Source: Leucoraja ocellata
Taxonomy: Eukaryota
Direction of reading: 5' to 3'
Assembly: GCA_036785375.1 (NCBI GenBank)
Contig: JAWMAR010000002.1
Span: 13,888,001-13,952,000, forward strand
Length of the DNA stretch: 64,000 bases
Below, piece by piece: positions 37,512 to 49,224 of the stretch (positions are counted from its first letter, which is position 1; each line of letters starts with the position of its first letter). The translations under genes and the position numbers were made by a program. Below the pieces are notes generated by a model that was given only the letters and a program-made list of their open reading frames with translations, was not told the DNA's origin and did not search any database.

Positions 37512-37750
37512 TAGTGCTGGAGTAACTCGGGCAGCATCGTTGGGGGAAAAGGATGGGCGACGTTTTGGGTCGGGACCCTTCTTCAGACTGCCAGACCCGC
37601 TGTGTTAAATCAGCACTTTGAGTTGTCTGGCCTCCTGAGTTACTCTGAGTTTGAAGAAGGGCCTCGACCCAAAACGTCACCTATTTTTTTTCTCTGGAGA
37701 TGCTGCCTGACCTTCTGAGTTACTCCAGCACTTTATGTCTATCTTCAGTA
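37512..37750. mobile_element. Penelope fold-back element
   Basis: Inverted pLTR arms; both hammerhead cores are mutated. Confidence 0.8.
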
Positions 37751-37779
37751 TGAACCGACTTTTTCCATGTTGCCTCCCT

Positions 37780-38430
37780 CATGGCCTAACACCAAGGATT
37801 GGTGCGGCCTTTCCCGGAGTCGGGCCCGGAGTCTGCGCCCGCAGCGTGCGCAGCGTGTACTTTTTCTGATCGCTGGCCCACGGACTGTTCAGCTGCGATC
37901 TGCGGAGCTTCTAGCCGTGGGTGCGCAGTCCGGAGCCGAGGATCCCTTGTTAGGGATCCCCGGAGAAGAAAAGCTCTGACCTGTCGGCCCGCAGCTACAA
38001 CATCTTGAGGCCGCTGTCTGCGGAGCTTCTAGCTGCGGGCGCGGCGTGAACTTACTTACCATCCGGAGTGGGATCCCTCAACGGGGATCCCTGGAGAAGA
38101 GCTCCAACCGCTGACCTGCGGCCTACATCATCTTGCAGCCGCGATCTCCAGTAGGGAAGCACCGATTCGGGACTTACCTTCCAGACGAGAGGGCCTGTAC
38201 ATCTGGCCGCCCGCAGCGGCAACTGTGGAGGTTATGGCCCCGACCACGGGGGAACAATGGAGGAGGACTGACTGTACTTTGTGCCTTCCACCACAGTGAA
38301 GAATGCTGTGGTGGATGTTTGTGTTAAATTTTCATTGTGTATTGTGTGTTCTTTTTTATTGTACCGCTGCTGGCACGTTCATTTCACTGCACTTTAGTGT
38401 GTATGTGATGAATAAATCTGATTGATTGAC
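37780..38430 (+). mobile_element. GC-rich non-autonomous retroposon with internal tandem duplication and conserved hairpin
   Basis: Unit of about 115 bp repeated (37900-38015 and 38018-38140); hairpin at 38287-38315; (gatt)n tail. Confidence 0.65.
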
Positions 38431-38509
38431 CTAAAACTTAACTGGACCAGTCAACATAATTAACATGACTACAAGCATGGCTGGGGAACCTACAGCAACC
38501 ACTTATACG

Positions 38510-38990
38510 TTCATAAGTTCATAAGTTCTAAGAGCAGAATTAGGATATTTGGTCCATAAAGTTTACTCTGCCATCAATCATGGCTGATCTATCTTGCCAT
38601 CTCAACCCCATTCTCCTGCCTTCTCCCCATAATAGAAACATAGAAAATAGGTGCAGGAGTAGGCCATTCAGCCCCTCGAGCCTGCACCGCCATTCAATAT
38701 GATCATGGCTGATCATCCAATCCCTGACACCCTTACTAATCACGAATCTGTCAACCTCCACCCTAAAAATATCCATTGACTTGGCCGTTTGTGGCAATGA
38801 ATTCAACAGATTTACCACCCTCCAACTAAAGAAATTCCTCCATATCTTTTTTAAAGGTTCCTCCTTTTATTCTGTGGCTATGGTCTCTGGTCCTAGACTC
38901 TCCCACTAGTGGAAACATCCTCTTCACATTCACTCTATCCAGGACTTTCACTATTCGGTAAGTTTCAATGAGTCCCCGTCATCCTTCTAA
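38510..38990 (-). mobile_element. CR1 3' fragment with a nested CR1 tail (about 38630-38720)
   Basis: ORF 38540-38818 is a chimera of two CR1 3' ends. Confidence 0.8.
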
Positions 38991-39309
38991 TGCCTTCTGA
39001 TACTTGTTTGATTCATAAACCATCCACTGCATCGCCAGTGCACAGTGGCTGCAGTGTGCACCATCTACAAACACAGACAGGGCCACCCAAATCCATGGCA
39101 TCGGCCACCAAGAAGGAAAGTAGGTGCATTGAACGTCACCACCTGCAGATCCCCCATCAAATTTTATACCATTCTGACATGGTAATAAATCTAAAATCCT
39201 CCAATGGTATGAGGTTTGAATCCTGGAAGCCCCTTCTCATCAGCAATGTTGGGGTCACTTCACCAGAAGAACTATAGAGGTTCACCCATCACACTCGCAA
39301 GAGCAAACA

Positions 39310-39460
39310 CGGGCAGCATGGTGGCGCAGAGGTAGAGTTGCTTCTTTACAGCGCCAGAGACCCGGGTTCGATCCTAACTAAGGGTGCTGTTTGTACAGTG
39401 TTAATCCAGCTTCTTGTGTCTATCTTCGGTTTAAACCAGCATCTGCAGTTCCTTCCTGCA
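39310..39460 (+). mobile_element. SINE head fused to a Penelope pLTR tail
   Basis: ggttcgatcc B box followed by ttgtgtctatcttcggtttaaaccagcatctgcag. Confidence 0.7.
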
Positions 39461-39857
39461 CAAGAATGTGAGCTGCATTTGATTGAATGGAGAGGATGGG
39501 CTGCAAAGGACAGCATCGTTAACTTCATGTGTTTAAATTATTTTAGTTTGTTTAAATGTATTGCTCAATGCATTTTAAAAATATGAAAAAAAAATCATTT
39601 GAATGTTTTTTTTCAAGTCATTGAACCTGAGTGCGGTCGATCTGTTACATTAGTTTGTTGTCACAGTGGACATGTCAGTGGCATCTGGGCAGCGGATGGA
39701 AATTATTAGGCATTATTCCAATTTTACATTAATTGACGTTAATTCTTTAAAAACTCTTAGGAGATTGTTCTACTAAGGTGATGTATTGTCTTCCAGTTGC
39801 AGTTAATTAAAAGAAAATGGGTTCAGGATAGAATTAATTCAAGAGGAGTAAGGAACT

Positions 39858-40158
39858 GGGGCAGCACACTGGTGCAGTTGGTAGAGCTGCTGCCTCACAG
39901 TGCTGGAGACCCCAGGTTCAATCCTGATCTTGGGTGCTGGCTGTGCGGTTTTTGCAGAGCCTCAAAATGCTCTGGTTTCCTCCCACATCCCGAAGATTTG
40001 CAGGTTTGTCGGGTATTTGTCATCTATAAACTGTCCCCAGTGTATAGGAAGTAGATGAAAAAGTGGAATAATAGAACTAGTGTGAACTGGTGATCGATGG
40101 TTGGCATGGACTCAGTGGATCAAAGAGCCTGTTTTCATGTTGTACCTCTAAACTAAAT
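39858..40158 (+). mobile_element. V-SINE
   Basis: Head, V-domain and tail. Confidence 0.85.
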
Positions 40159-40909
40159 GAACAATGTTAAGGCTGTAAATCAATATAGTGGTCCAGGTAA
40201 AAGTCAACCGAAAGGATGTGGGAGTATCTGTCTGCTCAGTAAAGATAATAGGATCTTGGTAACAAAGTGATATCAAGAAAAGATGGAAAATTGTTAAAGC
40301 AAAAGACATTCCATCAGAATAGTTGTCCCGCCTGTGACAAAAAATAATGAATTAATAGTCCAGTTAGAAATACTTGGATATGGTATTATAATCAATCTGG
40401 GAACATGATTGGAGAGTCACCAAAGAATCGAAATAAATATCTCAGGATATTTGGAAAGATAGGCAAATGGAAAAATAATCCACAACATTTGGAGAGGGAA
40501 GTTAATGGAAAAATACCCGGGACACTTGGAAAGAGAGGCAATTGGAAAATAAAGGGTTGTGGCTTGGGACAAATAAGATAGGACAAAGGTAGTCAAAATA
40601 ATCTACGCTTAGAAAATTAAGATATCAAATCAAAATTATTGGAGCCATGAAAGATCAAGGTACAAAAAACTCTCTTGGGAGTAGTTTAAAAATAGGTTTG
40701 TGGTTTGTGAATGATTGTGAAGCAAGTAGAGATGACTCAAATAGTCAGCTCATTCTCCAATTACATCAATATATAATTGATCCAAATAAAGTATAAATAT
40801 AATAGTTTTAATGTTAGCCTATTCAAATCAACTTTCCTTTAATGGTTAGGATTATATGAATCTGTTTTCATGTGTTGGTGCTGAATAATCAGATTTCAAA
40901 CTCAATCCC

Positions 40910-42505
40910 TCAGTGGCGCAGGGGTAGAGTTACTGCTTTACAGAGACCGAGATCCCAGCGTGATCCTGACTACAGGTGCCATCTGTAAAGAATTTGTACA
41001 TTCTCCCTATGACCATGTATGCTTTCTCCAGGTGCTCCGGTTTCCTCCTCCATTCCAAATACCTACAGGTTTGTGTAGGAAGGAGCAGCAGATGCTAGTT
41101 TACACTGAAGATGGACACAAAATGCTGGTGTAACTCAGCGGGTCAGGCAGCATCACTGGAGGAAAGGACTAGCTGACGTTTCAAGTTGAGACCCTTCTTC
41201 AGACCTTAAGCCAGTCTGAAGAAGGTCCCGATCTGAAACGTCACCTATTTATTTTCTCCGGAGATGTTGCCTGATCCGCTGAGTTATAACCATATAACAC
41301 CATATAACAATTACAGCACGGAAACAGGCCATCTCGGCCCTACAAGTCCGTGCCGAACAACTTTTTTCCCTTAGTCCCACCTGCCTGCACTCATACCATA
41401 ACCCTCCATTCCCTTCTCATCCATATGCCTATCCAATTTATTTTTAAATGATACCAACGAACCTGCCTCCACCACTTCCACTGGAAGCTCATTCCACACC
41501 GCTACCACTCTCTGAGTAAAGAAGTTCCCCCTCATGTTACCCCTAAACTTCTGTCCCTGAATGCTGAAGTCATGTCCTCTTGTTTGAATCTTCCCTATTC
41601 TCAAAGGGAAAAGCTGGTCCACATCAACTCTGTCTATCCCTCTCATCATTTTAAAGACCTCTATCAAGTCCCCCCTTAACCTTCTGCGCTCCAGAGAATA
41701 AAGACCTAACTTATTCAACCTATCTTTGTAACTTAGTTGTTGAAACCCAGGCAACATTCTAGTAAATCTCCTCTGTACTCTCTCTATTTTGTTGACATCC
41801 TTCCTATAATTGGGCGATCAAAATTGTACACCATACTCCAGATTTGGTCTCACCAATGCCTTGTACAATTTTAACATTACATCCCAGCTTCTATACTCAA
41901 TGCTCTGATTTATAAAGGCTAGCATACCAAAAGCTTTCTTTACCACCCTATCTATATGAGATTCCACCTTCAAGGAACTATGCACGGTTATTCCCAGATC
42001 CCTCTGTTTTCTGTATTCTGTATTCTTCAATTCCCTACAATTTACCATGTACGTCCTATTTTGATTTGTCCTGCCAAGGTGTACCACCTCACATTTATCA
42101 GCATTAAACTCCATCTGCCATCATTCAGCCCATTCTTCCAAATGGCCTAAATCACTTTGTAGACTTTGGAAATCCTCTTCATTATCCACAACACCCCCTA
42201 TCTTGGTATCATCTGCATACTTACTAATCCAATTTACCACACCTTCATCCAGATCATTGATGTACATGACAAACAACAAAGGACCCAACACAGATCCCTG
42301 AGGCACCCCACTAGTCACCTGCCTCCAACCCGACAAACAACCTTCTCCCATTCAGCCACTGTTGGAGTTACTGCAGCATTTTGTGTCTATCTTCAGGTTT
42401 GTAGGTTAATAGGCTTCTGTTAATTGTCCTTAGTTTGTAAGATAGAACTAGTGTACAGGTGATCGGTGGGCTGAAGGACCTGCTTCCGTGTTATATCTCT
42501 AAATT
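40910..42505. mobile_element. Three-layer nest: V-SINE, then Penelope fold-back, then CR1
   Basis: SINE at 40910-41073 and 42394-42505. Penelope flanked by TSD caggtttgt; CR1 flanked by gagtta. Confidence 0.85.
41288..42345 (-). mobile_element. 5'-truncated CR1 LINE (RT C-terminal half, disrupted ORF2)
   Basis: ORFs 42121-42351 (GVPQGSVLGPLLF...YADDTK), 41818-42114 and 41371-41757. Confidence 0.95.
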
Positions 42506-43451
42506 AAAGGGAATTCCCTACAAGTTGTCGTCTTAGAAGGAAACATGACGTCATCAGTTGACTCTAACCTTGAGTTTAGTACAAACCCTTTACTCAGGAA
42601 AACTTCAGAAGTTGGGATGAGTGCCAAGACTGATGTAACATCAAATGACCCAACTGATGCATATGTTTCAAAACAGTTTCTTTGTGCAGCATTCATGGGC
42701 ATATTCCCAATATAGAGGTGAAATTTCCAGGTGGGGAAATTGGTGTGGTAGTGGAAACTACATACAGTTAAGTAATTGACTCATTTGTAGCCCAAAATAC
42801 ATAATTTATTAGAATATTGCATTTGAATGCCTCAGCTAGTGATTGATGAAATAGGTAATACCTCATTCAGCACATTTAGGGAATCGTAGGAAATAAAATC
42901 TCTCAGTTTGGAAATTTAAAATAAATAAAATAAATAAATAAATAAATAAAATTAAAACAAGCGAATATGATAATCATGAAAATGGCCAGTAATTGAACCA
43001 ATTGTATCATTTTCAGATTATTCAATCGTTTTCCATTAAAAAACATTTGGAAATCGTAGTGCGGTTGTGTGTGGCAGTGTTCCTGTGGAAAATGGGTGTT
43101 GACAAATGGAGATATCTAAAACAATGACAGGTCTGCATTAACCTCATAAATAAAGATTAATTGTAGGAATATGGAAAAACGAAGTCTTTAATTGCTTAAA
43201 AACTCATAGAGCACTACAGAGATGACATGGATGGATGAGTGGTGGGAGCACAGCATAGACTATACCAAGGCCATGACAAACACCCAAAAAGAAATACCGC
43301 TGTCTTTATGCGTCTGTATTAATACCTCTGTATTATTGCCTCTGCAACACAATAATTAATTGTCTGTAATGATGTATAAATATCTATGCATGCACAATCA
43401 ACGTTGGTCTTGGAAAAAGTAGTTAACTTTGTTAAAGTTTGTATTGCTACT

Positions 43452-43634
43452 TCTTCTTTCGAGTCCATCTTCCATGTTTCAAATGTTGACCTCGCTGTCA
43501 TCATCTGTCCCGAAATGGACACAAGCTTCCAGCGACAATCACGACTTGTTGCAATAGATGATGGTGGTAGTAGAATTAGCTTGGGGTATTTCCAGTTTCC
43601 AGCCCCGCGACGTGGACGCTTCTGCTATGGGGCC
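43452..43634 (-). mobile_element. Short non-autonomous retroposon, family A copy 2: HDV-like ribozyme head and (GAA)n tail
   Basis: 12-bp TSD tgtattgctact at 43440-43451 and 43635-43646. Same GGCCCC 5' end as copy 1; ends GATGGACTCGAAAGAAGA(AG). Confidence 0.9.
43570..43634 (-). ncRNA. HDV-like (CPEB3-like) ribozyme fold
   Basis: GGCCCC AUA GCAGAA GCG UCCACGU CGC GGGGCU GG [19 nt] CUAA UUCUAC(UA). P1 is 6 bp with G1-U, P3 is GCG/CGC, L3 is canonical UCCACGU, P1.1 is CC/GG, J4/2 is CUAA (C at 43579). One mismatch in P2. Confidence 0.85.
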
Positions 43635-43814
43635 TGTATTGCTACTGCAGATGATGTAGATGAATGTGTGGGAATTCTGTGCCCCAACTGGAGCTGTGTG
43701 AAAATAAATAGCTTGCTGAATGGTTTTGCAAAGACCTTGTACAAAGACATTGAAAGGGACAATGCTCTTCACCACAGAAGTGTGATAGCAATTTATTATC
43801 AGTTAATTGTTTAG

Positions 43815-44087
43815 TTATTTTAACTTTCTTAAGTCGACATCAGTCAGTGCATCCTGCAGCATGGCATGTGACTGGTCGGACAACCGCTTTACGTCCCTCG
43901 TCACTGCCGCTTCTCGTATTATCTGTTGTTTATATTCCAGCAGCAGGAAAATGGCAGCATGGTCAGATTTTCCAAAAGGAGGGAGTGAATCGGCCTTGTA
44001 GCCTTTCTTGAACGGTGTGTAGCAGTGGTCCAAAGTTTTTTCCCCCCTGGCGGCACACGTGATGTGTTGGCAGAAGTTAGGCATGGC
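43815..44087 (-). mobile_element. Rex1/Babar APE-endonuclease C-terminal fragment
   Basis: Encodes QHITCAARGEKTLDHCY...PPFGKSDH. Confidence 0.85.
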
Positions 44088-44607
44088 TCATCTATCTTTT
44101 CCTCTCAATCCCATTTTCCTGGCTTCACCGCATAACCTTCGACACCCTTACTAATCAATCTTGGCTTTACTCAAGAATACTCACTGCTGTCTGTGGTAAT
44201 GAATTCCACATGTACACCACACCACCCTCTGCCTAAAGAAATTCCTCCTCATCTCCTTTCTAAAGGTACATCCTTTTATTCTGAGCCTGTGCCCTCTGGT
44301 CCTAGACTCTCCCAGTAGTGGAAACATCCTCTCCACATCTACGCTATCAAGGCACTTCACTATTCGGTAAGTTTCAATGAGGTTTCCCCTCGTCCTTCTA
44401 AACTCCAGCAAGTACATCCCAGAGCCATCAAAGGCTCATCATACATCATGCCAATCATCCCCGGGATCATTCTTGTAAATCTCCTCTGGACCCTCTCCAA
44501 CATCAGCACATCCTTCCTCAGATATGGGGCACAAAACTACTCACAATGCTCCAAATGCGGTCTGACCCGTGCCGAACCTCTGCATTAATTACATCCTTGA
44601 TTTTATA
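44088..44607 (-). mobile_element. CR1 fragment (CR1 sequence continues at 45848-45960 after the Helitron)
   Basis: ORF 44181-44417 (LEFRRTRGNLIETY...TRGHRLRI). Confidence 0.85.
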
Positions 44608-45043
44608 TCTCTATACTCATAAAACTCTGATCTTGGATGTGTGTGTGTGTGTGTTTATTTGTTTGTGTACAATGGCATCTTCACGAAAAAACAATGCAGT
44701 AACAGTAAAAATTTTACATATTCCGGTAGAGATTTTTCCCATGGAGTCCGAAAGTGCCTTACCTGAATATTTCATGCTTTATTTCTCAAGTTATGAATGA
44801 AAATGTTAAAAAATCAGACAAGGCTTTGAAATAAAAACGACTGTCTTTCACTGATGATGTCACAATGGATCTGCGTGCCTGCCGTCTTGCTCGCGCTGCG
44901 AGTCGCGTCACCCCCCACCCCCCTCCCCTCCTTTATTCAAAAGACGAGCAAATCGGACTCTGGATTGAAGCCGCAAAACTTGCAGTCCTTTGGTTGACAC
45001 CCGCTGCCCACTGCCCGGCTGCCCACTGCCCTGCCACCCGCCC

Positions 45044-45171
45044 NNNNNNNNNNNNNNNNNNNNNNNNNNNNNNNNNNNNNNNNNNNNNNNNNNNNNNNNN
45101 NNNNNNNNNNNNNNNNNNNNNNNNNNNNNNNNNNNNNNNNNNNNNNNNNNNNNNNNNNNNNNNNNNNNNNN
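45044..45171. other. Assembly gap
   Basis: Run of N. Confidence 1.
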
Positions 45172-45625
45172 CCCCTCCTCCTCTCCCACTCCTCCTCTAC
45201 CCCCCTCCTTCCACTCCCCCCACTCCTCTCCCTCTCCTCCCCCCCTCCCCTCCCCTCCCCCGGCCTCTCTCCTCTCCACCCCTCTCCACACCATCTCTCG
45301 CCCCTGTCTCCCCTCCTCTCTCCTCCTCTCTCCCCCCTCTCTCTCCCCCTCTACCCCCTTTCTCCCCCTCTCTCCCCTCCTCCTCTCCCCCCTCCTCTCC
45401 CCCCTCCTCTCTTCCCTCCCTCTTCTCTTCCCCCCCTCCCCCTCTGTCTCCCCCTCTCTCCCCACTCTCTCCCCCCTCTCTCTCTGTCTCAGCCCCTCAC
45501 TCTCTGTCTCTGCCTCTCTCTCTCTCTCCGGCTCTACCCCTCTCTCTCCGACTCTGCCCCTCTCTCTCTGTCTATGGCCCTCTCAGTCTCCGTTTCTGCC
45601 CCCTCCCTCTACCCCCTCCATCTCT
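45172..45625 (+). repeat. Polypyrimidine (C/T) low-complexity tract
   Basis: Directly visible; it produces the Pro/Ser-rich ORFs. Confidence 0.95.
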
Positions 45626-46914
45626 AGATGCGCCTGCGAGTTGGGGCTATATGTGAGTAGATAGGGCAGGGATGGGGTAAAAGGAGCGAATTAATATTAT
45701 TAATATAATATCAAGGGGGCTGGTTAGTGTATGTGAGGGGTGGTTAGTCTGTGTGTGAAGCCGCTGACCGCCCCCCTCCCCGCCCCCCCCTACCCTCCGC
45801 AACCGCGCATAGAGAGGACGGGGCCCAATGGGTCCCACTTGGTCTAGTTCTATATAAAACTGTAACATAACTTCCTGACATTTACTCTTAAAGTCCCGAA
45901 TGATGAATGCAAGCATGCAATATGTCTTCTTTACCATTTTAACTACCGGTGCTGCTACTTTCATAAGTTCATAAGTTCATAGGAGATAGAAGATGAATTA
46001 GGCAGAATTAGCAGAATTGGCATTCTTAGGCTATTTGGCACATCTAGTCAACTCCGCCATTAATTCATTACTGATCTATCTCACCCTCATAATCCCATTG
46101 TCCTGCCTTCTCCCCGTAATCCCTGGCACCTGTACGAATCACAAATCTACAGTATCTATCTCTGCCTTAAAAATATCCATTGACTTGGTCTCCACCACCT
46201 TCTGTGGCTACTTTCAGGAAGCTATGGACCTGGGCCCCAAGATCCTTCTCTTTCAATGTCATTACGCGTTTTTTAATCTTTCATTGTTTCAAGCTTCCTC
46301 TGTTATTGCTTTCAGTAAGATAACCCGATGTTCTTTCTCCTTCCCATTGCTGTTTGCAAATATACGGAATAATGGTCTTGGCAATTTTCATTTTGTCATG
46401 CATGTTCGGAGACAAAGAGAGCTTTATCTGCCTTAATTCTGTTATTGCAAGGGTTGACATACATTATCTTTTATCACACTATGTTATTACTCATTCTGTT
46501 GCAATGTGTGTTCACATCCATGAAAATATCTTGTTTGCTGACAGTTATTATTTCCTAGTGATTGTTCATAGTCTGAGGTCAGCTACTCATCGGTGCTTTA
46601 AAGCAGAGCTGCTCTACAAACTTGCAATGTTTGATCCTTATGGAAGCCGTCCACAATGCGTTTTATTAATGATTGCTGAGAGAGGAGGTCCTCTCATCAA
46701 ATTTAATTGCATCGTACCTACTTTGTGATTTCAATGGGAAAGCTGGGGGAGTTATTAAAAAGAGACGGGGAGATTTTTAATGTAATTTAAAAATGTTCAT
46801 GTCCATAGATAGGCACATGGACGTGTGGGGAATAGAGAGAAATAGATCTTGTACAGCTAGATGAGATCAGGCATCATGTTTAGCACAAAGCATTGTGGGC
46901 CGCAGGTAATGTAC

Positions 46915-48606
46915 CTGTGCAGTACATTAGGCAGGAAATGATGTTGGGTAGACTGATGGAACTGAAGGCTGATAAATCCCCAGGGCTTGATGGTCTGCAT
47001 CAAAGGGTACTTCAGGAGGTGGCTCTAGAAAACGTGGACACATTGGTGATCATTTTCCAATGTTCTACAGATTCTGGATCAGTTCCTGTGGATTGGAGGG
47101 TAGCTAATGTTATCCCACTTTTTAAGAAAGGAGGGAGAGAGAAAACAGGGAATTATAGACCAGTTAGCCTGACATCGGTAGTGGGGAAGATGCTGGAGTC
47201 AATTGTAAAAGATGAAATAGCGGCACATTTGGATAGCAGTAACAGTATCAGTCTGGTTCGAGTCGTTTATGAAGGGGAAATCATGCTTGACTAATCTTCT
47301 AGAATTTTTTGAGGATGTAACTAGGAAAATGGACAAGGGAGAGCCAGTAGATGTAGTGTGCCTGGACTTTCAGAAAGCCTTTGATAAGGTCCCACATAGG
47401 AGATTCGTGGGCAAAATTAGAACACATGGTATTGGGGGTACGGTATTGAAATGGATAGAAAATTGGTGGGCAGACAGGAAACAAAGAGTAGGGATTAACG
47501 GGTCCCTTTCAGAATGGAAGGCAGTGACTTGTGTAGTACCGCAAGACTCGGTGCTGGGACCGCAGCTATTTACAATATACATTAATGAATTAGATGAAGG
47601 GATTATAAGTAACATGAGTAAATTTGCAAATGACACAAAGCTGGGTGGCAGTGTGAACTGTGAGGAGGATACTATGAAGAGTGGGCAAATACATGGCAGA
47701 TGCAGTTTAATGTGGATAAATGTGAGGTTATCCACTTTGGTGGCAAGAACAGGAAGGCAGATTATTATCTGAATTATGTCAAATTTGGAAAAGTGGAAGT
47801 ACAACGAGATCTGGGTGTCCTCGTACGTCAGTCACTGAAAGTAAGCATGCAGGCACAGCAGGCAGTGAAGAAAGCTAATGGCATGCTGGCCTTCAGAACA
47901 AGAGGAGTTGAATATAGGAGCAAAGAGGTCCTTCTGCAGTTGTACATGGCCCAGGTGAGACTACACCTGGAGTATTGTGTGCAGTTTTGGTCTCCAAATT
48001 CGAGGAAGGACATTCTTGCTATTGAGGGAGTGCAGCGTAGGTTCACAAGGTTATGGCGGGACTGTCATATTTTGAAAGAATGGAGCGACTGCGCTTGAAT
48101 ACACTGGAATTTAGAAGGATGAGAGGGTATCTTATTGAAGCATCTAAGATTATTAAGGGATTGGACAAGTTAGAGGCAGGAAACATGTTCCCGATGTTGG
48201 GGGAGTACAGAACCAGGGGCCACAATTTAAGAATAAGGGGTAGGACATTTATAACCATATATAACCATATAATAATTACAGCACGGAAACAGGCCATCTC
48301 GGCCCTACAAGTCCGTGCCGACACAAATGGAGATTTATATCGGAGATGAGGAAAAACCTTTCCACCCCAGAGAGATGTGAATCTGTGGAATTCTCTGCCT
48401 CCGAGGTAGTGGAGGCTGATTCTCTGGATTCTTTCAAGAGAGAGATTGAGCTCTTAAAGATAGCGGAATGAAGGGATATGGGGAGACGGCAGGAACGGGG
48501 TACTGATGGTGGATGATCAGCCATGATCACAGTGAATGGCGGTGCTGGCTCGAAGGGCCGAATGGCTTACTCCTGCGCCTATTGTCTATTGTCTCTTGTC
48601 TATTGT
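46915..48606 (+). mobile_element. Longest CR1 (HER1-like) remnant, about 1.7 kb, frameshifted RT
   Basis: KSPGLDG, GNYRPVSLTS, KSCLTNL, LDFQKAFDKVPH, VPQDSVLGP, FANDTKL, RLHLEYCVQFW; tattgtc tail. An antisense CR1 tail is inserted at about 48250-48322. Confidence 0.95.
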
Positions 48607-48694
48607 ACTGTTCTATGTTCTATCTTCATATAATATCTCTTACTTCTTTTCTTTATTGGGTGTAAATGTAAACCTGATGGGTAAATGAGGATGC

Positions 48695-49005
48695 TCCTCA
48701 GCTTCTTCCCGCAGGCTATAAGACTGATAAACGGACTTTGCCCCCTGCCAAAGTATCGCGCACCAACCACCAACCTGGACACACTGCAGCAGAGCCACTG
48801 CCGTGCCGCTGCCGATAGGAACGCCTGTTGATGTTTAGTAGAGAGTAGAGTGTTTAATTTGTTCATGATATATGTATTTTTATTTCTATTTATTTTTTAC
48901 TGCACACTGAATGGACACTGGTTGAGCAACGTTTTTTTGTTTCCTCTGGGTATGTGAGTACTCAGGAAAATGACAATAAAGATATACTACACTATACTAT
49001 ACTAT
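48695..49005 (+). mobile_element. Rex1/Babar 3' end
   Basis: Encodes SFFPQAIRLIN, then UTR with tgacaataaa and a (tatac)n tail. Confidence 0.75.
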
Positions 49006-49224
49006 ATAAATAAAGAGCCTTAAAGTTACCTGTGTTGATAATTTTAAAATACCTTTGGAGGTATTGGCTGGTTTTATTGATAGGGACATAATCTAGCGTT
49101 GACTGAACAAAAGTACTCTAGGGTTCGAACATAATTCTTCATCAAATATGTTTCTCACACTGCAGCAAAGATGAAAGCATGGAGTTCTCCAGCTGATATT
49201 TAGCGGCATGTTTAGCGGACAGAA

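Larger units (their letters stand above)
44608..45847 (+). mobile_element. Non-autonomous Helitron
   Basis: A|TCTCTATACTCATAAAA 5' end; 3' hairpin gggccca-a-tgggtccc and CTAG|T at 45844-45847. Inserted between A and T in CR1 sequence with no TSD. Confidence 0.85.

Noticed and set aside
44865-45664. Long Pro/Ser-rich and Gly/Glu/Arg-rich ORFs
   Set aside because: They arise from a C/T low-complexity tract and an N gap inside a Helitron.
46893-48349. Possible intact reverse transcriptase gene
   Set aside because: It is split across several frames, the catalytic motif reads FAND, the 5' end is missing and there is an internal insertion. It is a dead CR1.
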